The notes under the pieces: generated by a model
What the model saw: the letters and a program-made list of their open reading frames with translations, nothing else
Databases searched by the model: none
Told to the model about the DNA's origin: nothing
Translations under genes and position numbers: made by a program
Shown here: positions 35,490 through 46,271 of the stretch, in pieces
How the letters are laid out: the number at the start of each line of letters is the position of its first letter
Numbering within the stretch: the stretch's first letter is position 1
DNA from: Bacteroidales bacterium
GTDB taxonomy: Bacteria > Bacteroidota > Bacteroidia > Bacteroidales > UBA932
NCBI GenBank assembly: GCA_024401925.1
Contig: JAKSKD010000005.1
Coordinates: 3,709 to 67,708 of the forward strand
Reading direction: 5' to 3'
Length of the DNA: 64,000 bases

Positions 35490-36470
35490 ATGCAAAAAGC
35501 CACAATCTTCATACAAATACTTTGCCGTATCCTTCTGCCGGTTGCGGTTCTTCAATCATGCGGACAGAGGACGGAATATGCCAGACTCACGGGATATGCC
35601 CAAGGAGGACTCTATTCTGTCATCTATAATTGCGATGGAGTTACTGTGCCGCAGAATGAACTGCAGGCCGGCGTGGATTCAATACTTGCTGCGATTGACA
35701 GTTCCCTTTCCGGATATAACAAGTCTTCCATTCTCAGCCGGTATAATGCCGGGGAGAATCCTCAGACCGATGATGTCTTCGATGAGATGATGAGCCTGGC
35801 CCATAAGTACAAGGTTGAGACCGGAGGTGCGCTGGACTGTGCTGCAGGTCCGCTGTTCGACATCTGGGGCTTCGGCTTCGAAGGTGATTCGTTCCCAGAC
35901 AGCAGCACTGTTTTTGAGGCAAAGTCTCTTGCGGCTTTGGAAAAGTCGTTCAATTTCAATGCAATAGCGCAGGGGTATAGTTGTGATCTGGTTGCGTCAT
36001 ATCTTCGGGGAAAGGGGGTGGAAGATATGCTTGTAGATATCGGCGAAATATATTGTTGTGGTGTTAATGCTTCCGGAAATCCGTGGACTATCGGTGTGGA
36101 TTCCCCCTTTGACGGGAATGAGAATCCCGGACAGTCGCTTCAGGATATTGTTTTTGCACCGGAAATCGGGTGCGGGATAGTCACGTCGGGAAATTATCGG
36201 AAGTTTTATGTCAAAGACGGAAAGAAATACGCTCATACCATCGACCCGAGGACAGGCTATCCTGTTTCGCATAATCTTCTGAGTGCAACCATTATCGCTC
36301 CGACGTCAACCGACGCTGACGCATATGCGACATACTGTATGGTGATAGGCCTTGACGGGGCCCGGAAATTCATTGAAAGCAGGGATGACCTGGAGGGATA
36401 TTTGATATATGATGACGGAGGAAGGATGTCGGAATGGCATTCTGCGGGCTTTGAGCTGAAAACGGAATAA
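35490..36470 (+). CDS. apbE: FAD:protein FMN transferase (ApbE), lipoprotein
   Basis: LQSC lipobox; AQGG.Y; NFNAIAQGY; DIGEI; TSGNYR; HTIDPRTG; ADAYAT. Confidence 0.92.
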   Translation: MQKATIFIQILCRILLPVAVLQSCGQRTEYARLTGYAQGGLYSVIYNCDGVTVPQNELQAGVDSILAAIDSSLSGYNKSSILSRYNAGENPQTDDVFDEMMSLAHKYKVETGGALDCAAGPLFDIWGFGFEGDSFPDSSTVFEAKSLAALEKSFNFNAIAQGYSCDLVASYLRGKGVEDMLVDIGEIYCCGVNASGNPWTIGVDSPFDGNENPGQSLQDIVFAPEIGCGIVTSGNYRKFYVKDGKKYAHTIDPRTGYPVSHNLLSATIIAPTSTDADAYATYCMVIGLDGARKFIESRDDLEGYLIYDDGGRMSEWHSAGFELKTE

Positions 36471-36475
36471 TTTAT

Positions 36476-36507
36476 TTTGAATAATTCTAAAAAAAGAACT
36501 ACATTTG
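36476..36507 (+). promoter_or_regulatory. Rubrerythrin promoter overlapped by a PerR/Fur-type 7-1-7 box
   Basis: TTTG (36476-79), N20, TACATTTG (36500-07). TTTGAAT-A-ATTCTAA at 36476-36490. Confidence 0.65.
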
Positions 36508-36546
36508 TAAGACAAAAGGAAATTAACTCTAAAAAGAAAATAAAAT

Positions 36547-37086
36547 ATGGCAAACAAGTACGCCGGCACCCAGACCGAGAAAAACCTGGAAGCTGCATTT
36601 GCAGGTGAGTCACAGGCTCGCAACAAATACACATACTTTGCATCGAAGGCTAAGAAGGAGGGTTATGAGCAGATAGCTGCACTTTTCCTTAAGACAGCAG
36701 AGAATGAGAAGGAGCATGCAAAACTCTGGTTCAAGGAGCTTAACGGGATAGGGGATACAGCAGAGAATCTTGCTGCTGCCGCTGCCGGTGAGAATTTTGA
36801 ATGGACAGACATGTATGAGGGATTTGCAAAGACCGCCGAGGAGGAAGGCTTCACAGCGCTCGCAGCAAGGTTCCGTCTGGTTGCAGCTATTGAAAAGCAT
36901 CACGAAGAGCGTTACCGCGCACTTTTGAAGAACGTCGAGACAGCCGAGGTCTTCAAGAAATCTACAGTGAAGGTATGGGAGTGCCGCAATTGCGGACATA
37001 TCGTTGTAGGCGAGGCTGCTCCTGAGGTATGCCCTACCTGCGCTCATCCTCAGAGTTATTTCGAGGTCAACGCGGAGAACTATTAA
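36547..37086 (+). CDS. rbr: Rubrerythrin
   Basis: [29 protein letters not shown], rubredoxin domain WECRNCG...CPTC.HP. Confidence 0.97.
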   Translation: MANKYAGTQTEKNLEAAFAGESQARNKYTYFASKAKKEGYEQIAALFLKTAENEKEHAKLWFKELNGIGDTAENLAAAAAGENFEWTDMYEGFAKTAEEEGFTALAARFRLVAAIEKHHEERYRALLKNVETAEVFKKSTVKVWECRNCGHIVVGEAAPEVCPTCAHPQSYFEVNAENY

Positions 37087-37099
37087 TCGCATACGGCCG

Positions 37100-38017
37100 T
37101 TACATTTCGCTGATAGTCTCCAATATTCTGACCAACAGTTTGAATATGTAATCGCAGGCTTTTACCAGAGGGTTGCAGCTTATGTTGCAGCCCTCTGCCG
37201 TTATTGTAATAATTGACAGTAGAATGGCGACTTCCGTGACGGGAAGCGCCAGTATGTTCGCCAGAAGGAAATGCCGGGGAAAACTGTGGAAATAATACCA
37301 AGAGAGGGGTGCCGTGAAAGCCTGGCAAGAAATGCTGATGGCGGATGCATCCCATATTTTCTTCAGTATTCCCGTCCTACGCCCCTGGGGAAACCATTTC
37401 TGCATGGGGATTCCTAACAGAAATATGCCTGCCATTGCAAGATAAGATAGTTGGAAGCCGACGGACCGGACCACTCCCGGCATTGCAGTTACTTGTATGA
37501 CGAATGCCATTGAAAGAACGCCTGTTCCGCTTTTTTTTCTTTCCGGGTTTAAGGAACAAGCCTCGTTTATGACTATGAAAAGAAGGGCTCTGGTAATGGA
37601 CGGACCGGCTCCTGTCATTATGGTGTAGAAAGAACAGAATCCTATTACTGTTCCGACCCTTACAGCTTTTATGACCGGGCTGTTCCCCAGCGGCTGCAGT
37701 ATTTTTCTTATCAGACTGTATATAAAACCGAGGTGGAGCCCCGAGAGGGCAAGGAGGTGAGAGGCTCCGCTTTTTCGGAATATCTCGATTGTGTCGTAAT
37801 CAAGGTGGCTTTTATTCCCGGTAAGGAGGGCCCCCATCAGCGCTGGGGTGGTTCTGTCCCTGAATCCGAGTCGGAAGATTGCCATATTGAGTGCGTCGGC
37901 GGCACCTGATGCCGCCGATATGGCGGGGAGGGCTTTCACGAGGCTCAAGGCAATGAAGCAAAGCACTCCCGCCGAAGCCGGAACAATTATTTCCGCAAGC
38001 ATTTTCCGTCCCCTCAT
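37100..38017 (-). CDS. ComEC/Rec2 competence-domain protein (minimal form)
   Basis: ALLTG, GASHLLALSGLHLG, PSITRA, VGFQLSYLA, TAPL, LLAN. Start uncertain (38017 or 38002). Confidence 0.85.
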   Translation of the reverse strand: MRGRKMLAEIIVPASAGVLCFIALSLVKALPAISAASGAADALNMAIFRLGFRDRTTPALMGALLTGNKSHLDYDTIEIFRKSGASHLLALSGLHLGFIYSLIRKILQPLGNSPVIKAVRVGTVIGFCSFYTIMTGAGPSITRALLFIVINEACSLNPERKKSGTGVLSMAFVIQVTAMPGVVRSVGFQLSYLAMAGIFLLGIPMQKWFPQGRRTGILKKIWDASAISISCQAFTAPLSWYYFHSFPRHFLLANILALPVTEVAILLSIITITAEGCNISCNPLVKACDYIFKLLVRILETISEM

Positions 38018-38096
38018 ATCCTTCCGCTTTTCGGCAATAATACTGATTATTTTACTATCTTTGCACGATATAAACGTTTATTCTAAAGCATTAGTA

Positions 38097-39311
38097 ATGA
38101 TTATTCTTGTTATCAATTGCGGAAGTTCCTCAATCAAGTACCAGTTGCTTGATATGAAGAGTGATGATGTGTATGTACTTATGGCGAAGGGTATTGTGGA
38201 GAAGATAGGTCTTCCTATGGGAAGCCTCACCCATACTCCTGGAGACAAGCCGAAGGTTATTATCGAGGAGCCTATCACAGATCATAAAGAGGGTATGCAG
38301 CTTCTCCTGGACCAGCTCGTCCATCCTCAGCACGGAGTCCTGAAGTCCTTTGACGACATAGAAGCTGTGGGTCACAGAATCGTTCAGGGAGCAGATTACT
38401 TTTCGGGAAGTGCAATCATCGACGAGGATGTGATTGAGAAAATTGGTGTCTGCAGTGATTTCGCACCGTTGCACAATCCTGCCCACATTCTTGGTATCAG
38501 GGCGATGCGGCATGTGCTCCCGTCCGTGCCTCAGGTGGCGGTATTCGATACGGCCTTTCATCAGACAATGCCTGCATACAATTACACATACGGCCTCCCG
38601 TACAAATATCTTGAAGACTATAAAGTTCGCAAGTACGGAGCCCACGGCACCAGCCATCAGTATGTCGCCGGGCAGGCTGCAAAACTTGCCGGAATCGACA
38701 TAAACCATTCGAAGATTATTACATGCCATCTGGGGAACGGCAGTTCTATTACTGCTGTCAAGGATGGAAAGTGCCTTGATACATCAATGGGTTTCACACC
38801 GCTCGCCGGAATGATTATGGGAACCCGCTGCGGCAGCATAGACCCTAATATCGTTACATACATAATGAAGAAGGATAACCTGTCTCCTGATGAAATGACC
38901 ACTCTGATGAACAAGAAGAGCGGATTCCTCGGGGTCTCAGGCGTTTCTTCCGATGTGCGTGAACTTAATGCTGCAGTGGACCAGGGAAACGAGCGGGCGA
39001 GACTTGTTTTCAAGATTCTGACTCACGACATCATCAAACTCATAGGCTCCTATATTGCAGAACTGGATGGTGTGGATCTTATCGTGTTCACGGCAGGCAT
39101 CGGTGAAAACAATGCACGTCTGCGCAGAAGAGTCTGTGAGAATTTCAATTATATGGGTTTGAAATTCGATTTTGATGCCAATGCCACAGGACACGATGAC
39201 AGAATCATTTCAGCTCCGGATTCAAAGGTAAAGGTTGCAGTTATCTCGACGAATGAGGAACTCGTCATCGCAAGAGATACGATGCACCTCGTACTAGGAA
39301 GTGAAGAATAA
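38097..39311 (+). CDS. ackA: Acetate kinase
   Basis: [47 protein letters not shown]. -7 box TATCTTTG at 38056. Confidence 0.98.
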   Translation: MIILVINCGSSSIKYQLLDMKSDDVYVLMAKGIVEKIGLPMGSLTHTPGDKPKVIIEEPITDHKEGMQLLLDQLVHPQHGVLKSFDDIEAVGHRIVQGADYFSGSAIIDEDVIEKIGVCSDFAPLHNPAHILGIRAMRHVLPSVPQVAVFDTAFHQTMPAYNYTYGLPYKYLEDYKVRKYGAHGTSHQYVAGQAAKLAGIDINHSKIITCHLGNGSSITAVKDGKCLDTSMGFTPLAGMIMGTRCGSIDPNIVTYIMKKDNLSPDEMTTLMNKKSGFLGVSGVSSDVRELNAAVDQGNERARLVFKILTHDIIKLIGSYIAELDGVDLIVFTAGIGENNARLRRRVCENFNYMGLKFDFDANATGHDDRIISAPDSKVKVAVISTNEELVIARDTMHLVLGSEE

Positions 39312-39324
39312 CAAAACTGACCAT

Positions 39325-40332
39325 ATGGCACTGATAGAAAACATCATCAAGCGCGCTCAGTCCAATAAACAGCGCATCATCCTTCCGGAATCCCTGGAAG
39401 AGCGTACAATCACAGCAGCCGACAGGGCAATCGCCGACGGACTTGCTGAAATCATTCTCATTGGAAATGAAGAAAAGATCCTCGGCTATGCCAGGGAGCT
39501 TGGTCTCAGGAATATTGATAAGGCAACCATCATCGATCCGGTCACAAGCCCGAAGACTGCGGAATATGCAAACCTCCTATATGAACTCCGCAAATCAAAG
39601 GGAATGACTCCGGAAGAGGCTGCAAAGCTTACTCAGAATCCTCTTTATTTCGGCTGCCTCATCATCAAGAATGGCGATGCCGACGGTCAGATAAGCGGTG
39701 CGCTCTCGACTACCGGAGAGACCCTCCGTCCTGCCCTCCAGATCATCAAATGCTCTCCCGGCATCTCCTGCGTCAGCGGAGCAATGCTGATGGTTACCAA
39801 GACACCTCAGTATGGTGAGGATGGTGTTCTTGTAATGGGTGATATTGCAGTGACACCTGCACCTGATGCAAATCAGCTTGCCCAGATAGCTGTATGTACC
39901 GCCCGCACTGCAAGAAGCGTGGCAGGCTTCGCGGACCCGAGGGTTGCAATGCTTTCATTCTCCACCAAGGGCAGTGCCAAGCACGAGGTTGTTGACAAGG
40001 TGGTTGAAGCCACAAAACTGGCAAGGGAACTCGACCCTGAGCTCAAGATCGACGGCGAACTCCAGGCTGATGCGGCCCTCGTTCCATCAGTCGGTGCAAA
40101 GAAGGCTCCTGGCAGTGATATCGCCGGAAAGGCCAATGTACTTGTACTACCTAATCTCGAGGCTGGAAATATCTGCTACAAGTTGGTACAGAGGCTTGGC
40201 AACGCAGATGCAATCGGCCCTATCCTTCAGGGTATTGCCCGTCCTGTAAATGACCTGAGCCGTGGCTGTTCCGTAGATGATATCTACAAGATGGTAGCTA
40301 TCACAGCCTGCCAGGCTATGGATGCAAAATAA
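39325..40332 (+). CDS. pta: Phosphate acetyltransferase
   Basis: [44 protein letters not shown]. Confidence 0.98.
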   Translation: MALIENIIKRAQSNKQRIILPESLEERTITAADRAIADGLAEIILIGNEEKILGYARELGLRNIDKATIIDPVTSPKTAEYANLLYELRKSKGMTPEEAAKLTQNPLYFGCLIIKNGDADGQISGALSTTGETLRPALQIIKCSPGISCVSGAMLMVTKTPQYGEDGVLVMGDIAVTPAPDANQLAQIAVCTARTARSVAGFADPRVAMLSFSTKGSAKHEVVDKVVEATKLARELDPELKIDGELQADAALVPSVGAKKAPGSDIAGKANVLVLPNLEAGNICYKLVQRLGNADAIGPILQGIARPVNDLSRGCSVDDIYKMVAITACQAMDAK

Positions 40333-40334
40333 GT

Positions 40335-41609
40335 TTATTCGTAAATATGGAACATATCGCGGCGCGGGAGCAGTCTTGAACTGTTCTCGCGTTCGCGGTT
40401 AAAGAAGGCGTTGGTATATGAAGCGTGCCTTGCTCCGCGGAATGTGCCCGTATTTGTCAGATATATCCAGCACTCTCCGTCAGGGTAGTACTTTATCAGC
40501 GCATTTGTCTCGGCAAGAGTGCCGGTCCTTGTCCAGGTGCCGTCCTCGGTGATATCGTTCCAGCCGATCCCATATGATTCAGGACTGATGAATTTTGTCA
40601 TTTCTGCTATACTCTCCTTGCTGAGTACGTCCTTTACTTCATCTCTTCCGTCGATTGAGGCCACGAATCTCATAAGCTCCGGGGCGGAAGCTACCCAGGC
40701 TCCTCCTCCGGACAGTCCGTGTATGTCGCTGCCGCCATATGCCCTTTCGACCATCTTGCCGCTGTTGTTGCATTCCGGCACAAGTGAAGCGTCGTGAGGG
40801 AAATATCTGGTTTCTCCCGGCCAACGCTGTTCATAATAATTGTTGGCGATGTGGAAATCATAGCATCCTGCCGGATGGAGAATATTCTCCTGTATCCAGT
40901 CCTCATAGCTTTCTCCGCTGAGTTTCTCAATTATCATAGAGAGGAGCAGATACCCGAAATTGGAATAAAGCGGGTCGGTCCCCGGCTCGGGACCGAGCTT
41001 TCTTCTGAGGTATATTTTTGCGAGGGTCCTTGAATCCGGGACTGTGTCAAGATGGTTCTGTATCATGATGTCCTTGATGTTGAACATCGGATCTCCGGCA
41101 TAGACAGTGAATCCGGCCTGATGCCTGAGCAGATTTTCCACTGTGATCTTGAAGAACCACGGGTGCTTGAGCTCTTTTGTGAAATCTTCGCCATCAAAGA
41201 TTCCTCCGGGACCGAAAACCTTGTCCGACAAGGACAGGAGGCTGTCTTCCTGCATTTTCATTATTCCTGCCGCGGTGACAAGTTTTGAAACTGATGCCAG
41301 CCTGAACAGGGTGCTTGCCTCTGTCGGCTTGTCTTCGTCGGAGATTCCATAGCCCTTTGAGTAGACCAGGGAATCGTTTTTCATAATGCATAGCGCTGCG
41401 CCTTTCACTCCCCATTGCTTCATATACTCGCTGACATCCTTGTCCAAGCTATGCAAGTCTGAGGTATCAGAGTATTCGTTTGTGATGGTTTCGTTCAGTA
41501 TGACCGGAATCTTGACTGGCTCGGAAACGCCGGGACGGCTTCCGCAGGATAAGATGCAGGAGATGAGAAATAGTATGACAGGCATTCTTATTACTTCAGT
41601 TTTCCGCAT
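40335..41609 (-). CDS. Serine hydrolase, beta-lactamase/AmpC-like family, lipoprotein
   Basis: ILSC lipobox; ASVSK (SxxK), LLRHQAG, YSN, RTG. Start at 41609 or 41585. Confidence 0.88.
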   Translation of the reverse strand: MRKTEVIRMPVILFLISCILSCGSRPGVSEPVKIPVILNETITNEYSDTSDLHSLDKDVSEYMKQWGVKGAALCIMKNDSLVYSKGYGISDEDKPTEASTLFRLASVSKLVTAAGIMKMQEDSLLSLSDKVFGPGGIFDGEDFTKELKHPWFFKITVENLLRHQAGFTVYAGDPMFNIKDIMIQNHLDTVPDSRTLAKIYLRRKLGPEPGTDPLYSNFGYLLLSMIIEKLSGESYEDWIQENILHPAGCYDFHIANNYYEQRWPGETRYFPHDASLVPECNNSGKMVERAYGGSDIHGLSGGGAWVASAPELMRFVASIDGRDEVKDVLSKESIAEMTKFISPESYGIGWNDITEDGTWTRTGTLAETNALIKYYPDGECWIYLTNTGTFRGARHASYTNAFFNRERENSSRLLPRRDMFHIYE

Positions 41610-42175
41610 TTCCGGGCAAAATCTATGATGAAATCGGCGCATCCTTCAACACCAATCAGGGAACTGTCAAGACAGAGATGGTAGTTGGAAGCGACACCCC
41701 AGTTGCTGAATGTGAAATAGTTATAATATTTCTCACGCCATTTGTCTTCCTTTTGACAAATGATCTCTGCCTCTTCGACAGAAACTCCTCTTCTGCGTGC
41801 TATGAATTGTTTCCTGATTTGGAGAGGACAACTGATGAAAACATTCACACAGCAGTCCAAGTCGCGCAGGACATAGTCTGAAGCACGTCCCACAAAAATT
41901 GCAGACCCCTTTTCTGCAATTTCGCGTATAACTTCGCTTTGGATTTTGAAGACTTCGTCATCATTGTTGTACTTGTCGGAGAATAGATTGAAGAAATGTT
42001 TCTTCTCGTCTTTCTTAGCAAAGATCTCGGCGCTGTATCCGCTTTTCCTTGCGGCCTCGACGATGAGCTCATTATTGTACACCGGAATCCCGAGTTTCTT
42101 TCCGAGGGCTTCAGCGACCCTTCTGCCGCCGCTTCCATACTGCCGCCCTACGTTGATGATGATTTTTTCAGACAT
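41591..42175 (-). CDS. Cytidylate kinase-like family protein
   Basis: GRQYGSGG, FVGRASDYVL, YYNYFT...WG...YHLCLDSS. Confidence 0.85.
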   Translation of the reverse strand: MSEKIIINVGRQYGSGGRRVAEALGKKLGIPVYNNELIVEAARKSGYSAEIFAKKDEKKHFFNLFSDKYNNDDEVFKIQSEVIREIAEKGSAIFVGRASDYVLRDLDCCVNVFISCPLQIRKQFIARRRGVSVEEAEIICQKEDKWREKYYNYFTFSNWGVASNYHLCLDSSLIGVEGCADFIIDFARKCGKLK

Positions 42176-42177
42176 GG

Positions 42178-43572
42178 CTATAGTTTGCTTCCGAGGATAT
42201 CGGCGCTTCCTCCATCCTCAAGTTTGTTGAATTTTCTGAATAGTCTTATTACGAAAATTAAAGACACGATGAAGGCAAGCACGTCGGAGATAGGGAAACT
42301 GAGCCATACCCCTTCTTCATTCAGTGCAAACGGCAGCGCGTACACAAGTGGGACAAGGAAGATTAACTGACGGCTCAAGGATAGGAAAATGGCAGTCTTG
42401 ACCATCCCGAGACACTGGAAAAAATTTGCGGTGACCATAATGAATCCCACCAGCGCAAATGCTGAATTCATGATTCTGAGGCCTCTTGCGGCCAGCTGCT
42501 GAAGTTCGCTGTCGTTTGTGAACAGACTGACGGCGGGAACCGACAGAAATTCTGCCATAAGGAAACAAAGTGTTGTGACCAGTACGGCGCATTTGCAAGT
42601 TAGGATGAATACTTCTCTGACTCTTTTGTATTGTCTCGCTCCGTAGTTATATCCGGCAATAGGCTGCATTCCCTGATTGAATCCCATTACGATCATAACG
42701 AAGAAGAAAGAGAGCCTGTTGATGATACCGTATGCTCCGATTGCGAGGTCTCCACCATATTTTCCAAGCTGGTTATTGATGAAGATTGCTACAATGCAGG
42801 ATGCGCTGTTCATCAGAAATGGCCCCAGGCCTATCGCCATGGATGATTTCGCGATTCTCCAGTTGACTTGGAGCAAAGGCCTTGGCAGGTGCGGAATACG
42901 CTCCTTATTGAAGAAAAAGCGGAAGGAATATGTCAGGGCCATCATCTGGCAGAGAATTGTAGCAATCGCGGCTCCTTTGATTCCGAGGTCGAATACGAAA
43001 ATGAAAACAGGATCGAGGATGGCATTGGAAATGACGGTGAACAGGGTCAGCCCCATTGCTGTTTTGGGATTTCCCGACACCCTTATTACACCATTAAGAC
43101 CGAAATACAAGTGCGTGACTACGTTTCCCAGAAGGATGATGGTCATATAGTCCTTCGCAAAGGGGAGTGTGTTCGGACTTGCCCCGAAAAATGTCAGGAT
43201 GGGCTCAAGGAATGATAATGTTATGACTGTAAACAGGATTCCTATGATGGTGTTGAGGGACACTATGTTGGCGAGCACCTTGTCCGCCTTTTCGTAGTTT
43301 TTCTGTCCCAGAAGCACAGAGATCATATTCATAGCTCCGACTCCGACAAGAGTTCCGAGTGCTGTCGAAAGGTTCATAAGCGGGAAGGAGATTGCCAGTC
43401 CGGATATGGCGTATGAACCGACATCCTTGATGTGGCCGATATATATGCTGTCGACCATATTGTACAAAGAAGCCGCAGTCTGGGCGATGATTCCCGGGAT
43501 TGCGTACATCTTCAATAACTTGCTTACCTTGAGAGTTCCTAATTCTGTCGGCGCTGCTATGCTTTGAGACAT
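42178..43572 (-). CDS. MATE family efflux transporter
   Basis: LYNMVDSIYIG, NAILDPVFIF, GAAIAT, QPIAGYNYGA; about 12 TM segments. Confidence 0.93.
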   Translation of the reverse strand: MSQSIAAPTELGTLKVSKLLKMYAIPGIIAQTAASLYNMVDSIYIGHIKDVGSYAISGLAISFPLMNLSTALGTLVGVGAMNMISVLLGQKNYEKADKVLANIVSLNTIIGILFTVITLSFLEPILTFFGASPNTLPFAKDYMTIILLGNVVTHLYFGLNGVIRVSGNPKTAMGLTLFTVISNAILDPVFIFVFDLGIKGAAIATILCQMMALTYSFRFFFNKERIPHLPRPLLQVNWRIAKSSMAIGLGPFLMNSASCIVAIFINNQLGKYGGDLAIGAYGIINRLSFFFVMIVMGFNQGMQPIAGYNYGARQYKRVREVFILTCKCAVLVTTLCFLMAEFLSVPAVSLFTNDSELQQLAARGLRIMNSAFALVGFIMVTANFFQCLGMVKTAIFLSLSRQLIFLVPLVYALPFALNEEGVWLSFPISDVLAFIVSLIFVIRLFRKFNKLEDGGSADILGSKL

Positions 43573-43581
43573 CTTCTCCTT

Positions 43582-44586
43582 CTAGTTACCAATCATTTCT
43601 ATTTCGAATCTCAAAGGCGAATATCCCGGGATGCTTGCTGTGGCGCTGTTCTTATAGCCCCAGTCGCTGGTAAAGACTGCGATACCTTTCTCCCCTGACT
43701 TCATCAGGGACAGACAGTAAGCAAAACCTGTTATCAGATTTCCTTCGCTGCCGCCATTCAGCGCGTATTTGGTATAGTCTTCTCCGATGGTGACACTGCA
43801 TGAACCGAAAGAACGGGACAGATCAAGTCCGTGAACTTTTGCCGTGTCCCTTATGCTGGTGTCAAAAACAAGTCCGTTGAGAAGGCTTCCCGTGTAATTG
43901 ATCCGAACCGCGTCGCCCTGTTTGAATGATGCGGTGTCTGAAGGAGGACAGGTCTGGATGTAATAGAACCCTGCGGCAAGGGAATCAACCTTGTGGAGAT
44001 TGTGGGAAATATACCTTTCAATAGAGTCCACCTGAAACTGGAAGATATCCGATGTTACTCCGGTCACTTCCAATTCATACACGGTATCAGTCCCCGTGCA
44101 GTTGTTGAGATACTCCTCGGCGGTTGCATATCTGTCTGTGACCATCAGCCATCCCGGAATGGCAGCTTTTCTCTTTCCTCCGACCCTCATATCCTTGATA
44201 ACGTCCTCAAGACCTGCCTGCAACGCATTGGCGCCTCTGAATGATATTGCCGGGCCATAATATGCCGTCCTGTCGAACTCGTGCATCTGCTTTGCGGTTG
44301 CAGAATCCGTGTAGGCAGTGATGCTTCCGTCTAGATCCGTTGTCTTGTAGTTGAGGAATATGAAGGAATTGTCATCAGACGTGCCCACGAGGGCTCCGCT
44401 TCCGGGTGTGTCGTCAAGAATATATGCTCCCAGCCCCGTCATTTCGGCCTTAGGATAGTTGGTTTTGACCCAGCTGTCGAAATATCTCTTTGTGGCAAAG
44501 TTCTTAGTGATGGTTTGATCCTTGACGCAGGAAGACACCAGTACCATTGCTGCTGCAATGAAAACGATGGCCGATTTATGTTTCAT
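43582..44586 (-). CDS. Two-domain FKBP-type PPIase lipoprotein
   Basis: VSSC lipobox; MRVGGKRKAAIP; YTGSLLNG.VFDTS; WGY...IPGYSPLRFEIE. Confidence 0.85.
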   Translation of the reverse strand: MKHKSAIVFIAAAMVLVSSCVKDQTITKNFATKRYFDSWVKTNYPKAEMTGLGAYILDDTPGSGALVGTSDDNSFIFLNYKTTDLDGSITAYTDSATAKQMHEFDRTAYYGPAISFRGANALQAGLEDVIKDMRVGGKRKAAIPGWLMVTDRYATAEEYLNNCTGTDTVYELEVTGVTSDIFQFQVDSIERYISHNLHKVDSLAAGFYYIQTCPPSDTASFKQGDAVRINYTGSLLNGLVFDTSIRDTAKVHGLDLSRSFGSCSVTIGEDYTKYALNGGSEGNLITGFAYCLSLMKSGEKGIAVFTSDWGYKNSATASIPGYSPLRFEIEMIGN

Positions 44587-44588
44587 AT

Positions 44589-45137
44589 CTAAAAATTCTC
44601 GATTTTAATTATCCAAAAATGGTAGGCGAGGGGGGCATAAGCAGGAATCGTGCCGAGGGTGTTCTCCCCGAATGCGCGATTCCCCGGAAATATTATATAA
44701 CATTCTTCTCCTTCTTTCACTCCTACAAGCCCTTTCTGTAAGCCGTCAAGAAGGATGTTGTCCTTGAGACTCACAATCTTTTCACCTAACAGGGTACTGT
44801 CTGATACCTCCCATCTCGCCTCCTGTGCTACGTCGGGACTGTTGGTCGCAAAAAGCCTGCTGCTGGTTATCGAGTAGGAACTGAAATCGTAGCCCGCATA
44901 CAGGAAACTTACGGTTCCGTCTTCCTGCAACTCGTCGCCTTCGCCCTCGACTTCCACAAGCCTCACTATGCCGTCGGTAATCACCGATCTCCTTTCCGGG
45001 TTATCCGTTAACTGTTTTTTGACGTAGTCGTCAATCTTTGTAGCCTGGGTCGAATACGTCAACTTTACGCTCTCTCCGGTACAGGAAAGTGTCAGCAAAG
45101 CGGCAAAGAACAAATATAATATAGTTTTAGCTTTCAT
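44589..45137 (-). CDS. FKBP-type PPIase lipoprotein
   Basis: TLSC lipobox; LLDGLQKGL..VKEGE...P...AFG...IPAYAPL.Y. Confidence 0.8.
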   Translation of the reverse strand: MKAKTILYLFFAALLTLSCTGESVKLTYSTQATKIDDYVKKQLTDNPERRSVITDGIVRLVEVEGEGDELQEDGTVSFLYAGYDFSSYSITSSRLFATNSPDVAQEARWEVSDSTLLGEKIVSLKDNILLDGLQKGLVGVKEGEECYIIFPGNRAFGENTLGTIPAYAPLAYHFWIIKIENF

Positions 45138-46167
45138 TCAAGAATGGTTTTGTTACGTTTTCGATATATGTGGCGGCATCTTCCGGCTTCCGGATGTTTT
45201 CCGGCCAATACAGCCTGCCTCCCGCAGCTTGCTCGTGACCGCCGCCGTTGAAATGCTCTCTGGCGCATCTGTTGGCGGAAACTCCGCGTTTGCTGCGTAT
45301 GGAAACCCTGAAATAACCGTCTTCCTCGCGTAGGAAAACGCTCATCCTTATTTCCTTGATTGCAAGAGGAAGATTCACGAATCCCTCTGTCTCTCCGTCG
45401 GTGATGCCATATTCTGCGACAGCTTCCTTGCTGAGGATAATATATGCCAGACCTGCGGAGGTGGTGACCATAACGTCTTTCAGCAGATGTCCCATCAGCC
45501 TCATCCTGTTCTCTCGGTAATCGTTATAGATGTGTCCCAGTATCCTGTCCCTGTCCACTCCGGCGGCCAGAAGCTCGGAACAGGCCTCAAGGGTTGACGG
45601 GAACACAGAATTTGCAAAGTTGTTTGTGTCAGTTGTGATTCCGGTCAGGATGGCGTCAAGACTCGCCGCCGGTAATCCGGACGGATATTCGAGCCGCTTG
45701 AGAATGTGATACAGGTATTCGCTTGCCGACGAAATCTCTGTTTCGGAAAAACACAGGTCGAAACAGCCCGTGTCAGGTCCGATGTGGTGGTCTATGAGGA
45801 TTTTTTCTCCGGTGAAATCTTCTATGTGTTTCTGCAGGGATCCGCTTCTCGAAGGAGTGTTGAAATCCAGACAAAAAAGCGTGTCGCAGGATCGCAGACA
45901 GACGGCCGTCCGTTCTTCATCCTCGTCACAGATTAGGATATTTTTCGACTCGTTCTCATCCATCATGAAGGAGAGGGTGTCCGGCCATCTGTCGGAGAGA
46001 AAGATGCGGACCGTTTTACTGCCGCTTTTTTCCAGAAAATGTTTCAAGCCGATGCTGCTCCCCATTGCATCTCCGTCTGGATGGATATGAGTGGCAATTG
46101 CGATATTCGAAGCTTTTGAAATGATATCTTCAAGCCTTGAAATCATTCCGGGGTTAATATTCTTCAT
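45127..46167 (-). CDS. DHH/DHHA1 phosphoesterase (NrnA-like)
   Basis: HIHPDGDA, IDHH, TDT, SIRS, GGGH. Start at ATG 46167. Confidence 0.92.
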   Translation of the reverse strand: MKNINPGMISRLEDIISKASNIAIATHIHPDGDAMGSSIGLKHFLEKSGSKTVRIFLSDRWPDTLSFMMDENESKNILICDEDEERTAVCLRSCDTLFCLDFNTPSRSGSLQKHIEDFTGEKILIDHHIGPDTGCFDLCFSETEISSASEYLYHILKRLEYPSGLPAASLDAILTGITTDTNNFANSVFPSTLEACSELLAAGVDRDRILGHIYNDYRENRMRLMGHLLKDVMVTTSAGLAYIILSKEAVAEYGITDGETEGFVNLPLAIKEIRMSVFLREEDGYFRVSIRSKRGVSANRCAREHFNGGGHEQAAGGRLYWPENIRKPEDAATYIENVTKPFLNES

Positions 46168-46271
46168 CGGTTCCTTAATTTTCGGATGCAAATTTACAAA
46201 GAATATTGCATTTCATAAATCAATTTTTTAACTTTGTCCGTCAATACGGATAATAATAAAAACACACAATA

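Noticed and set aside
40335-43572. MATE plus beta-lactamase-fold gene as a resistance island
   Set aside because: No mobility genes or flanking repeats; both families are common core genes and substrates cannot be inferred.
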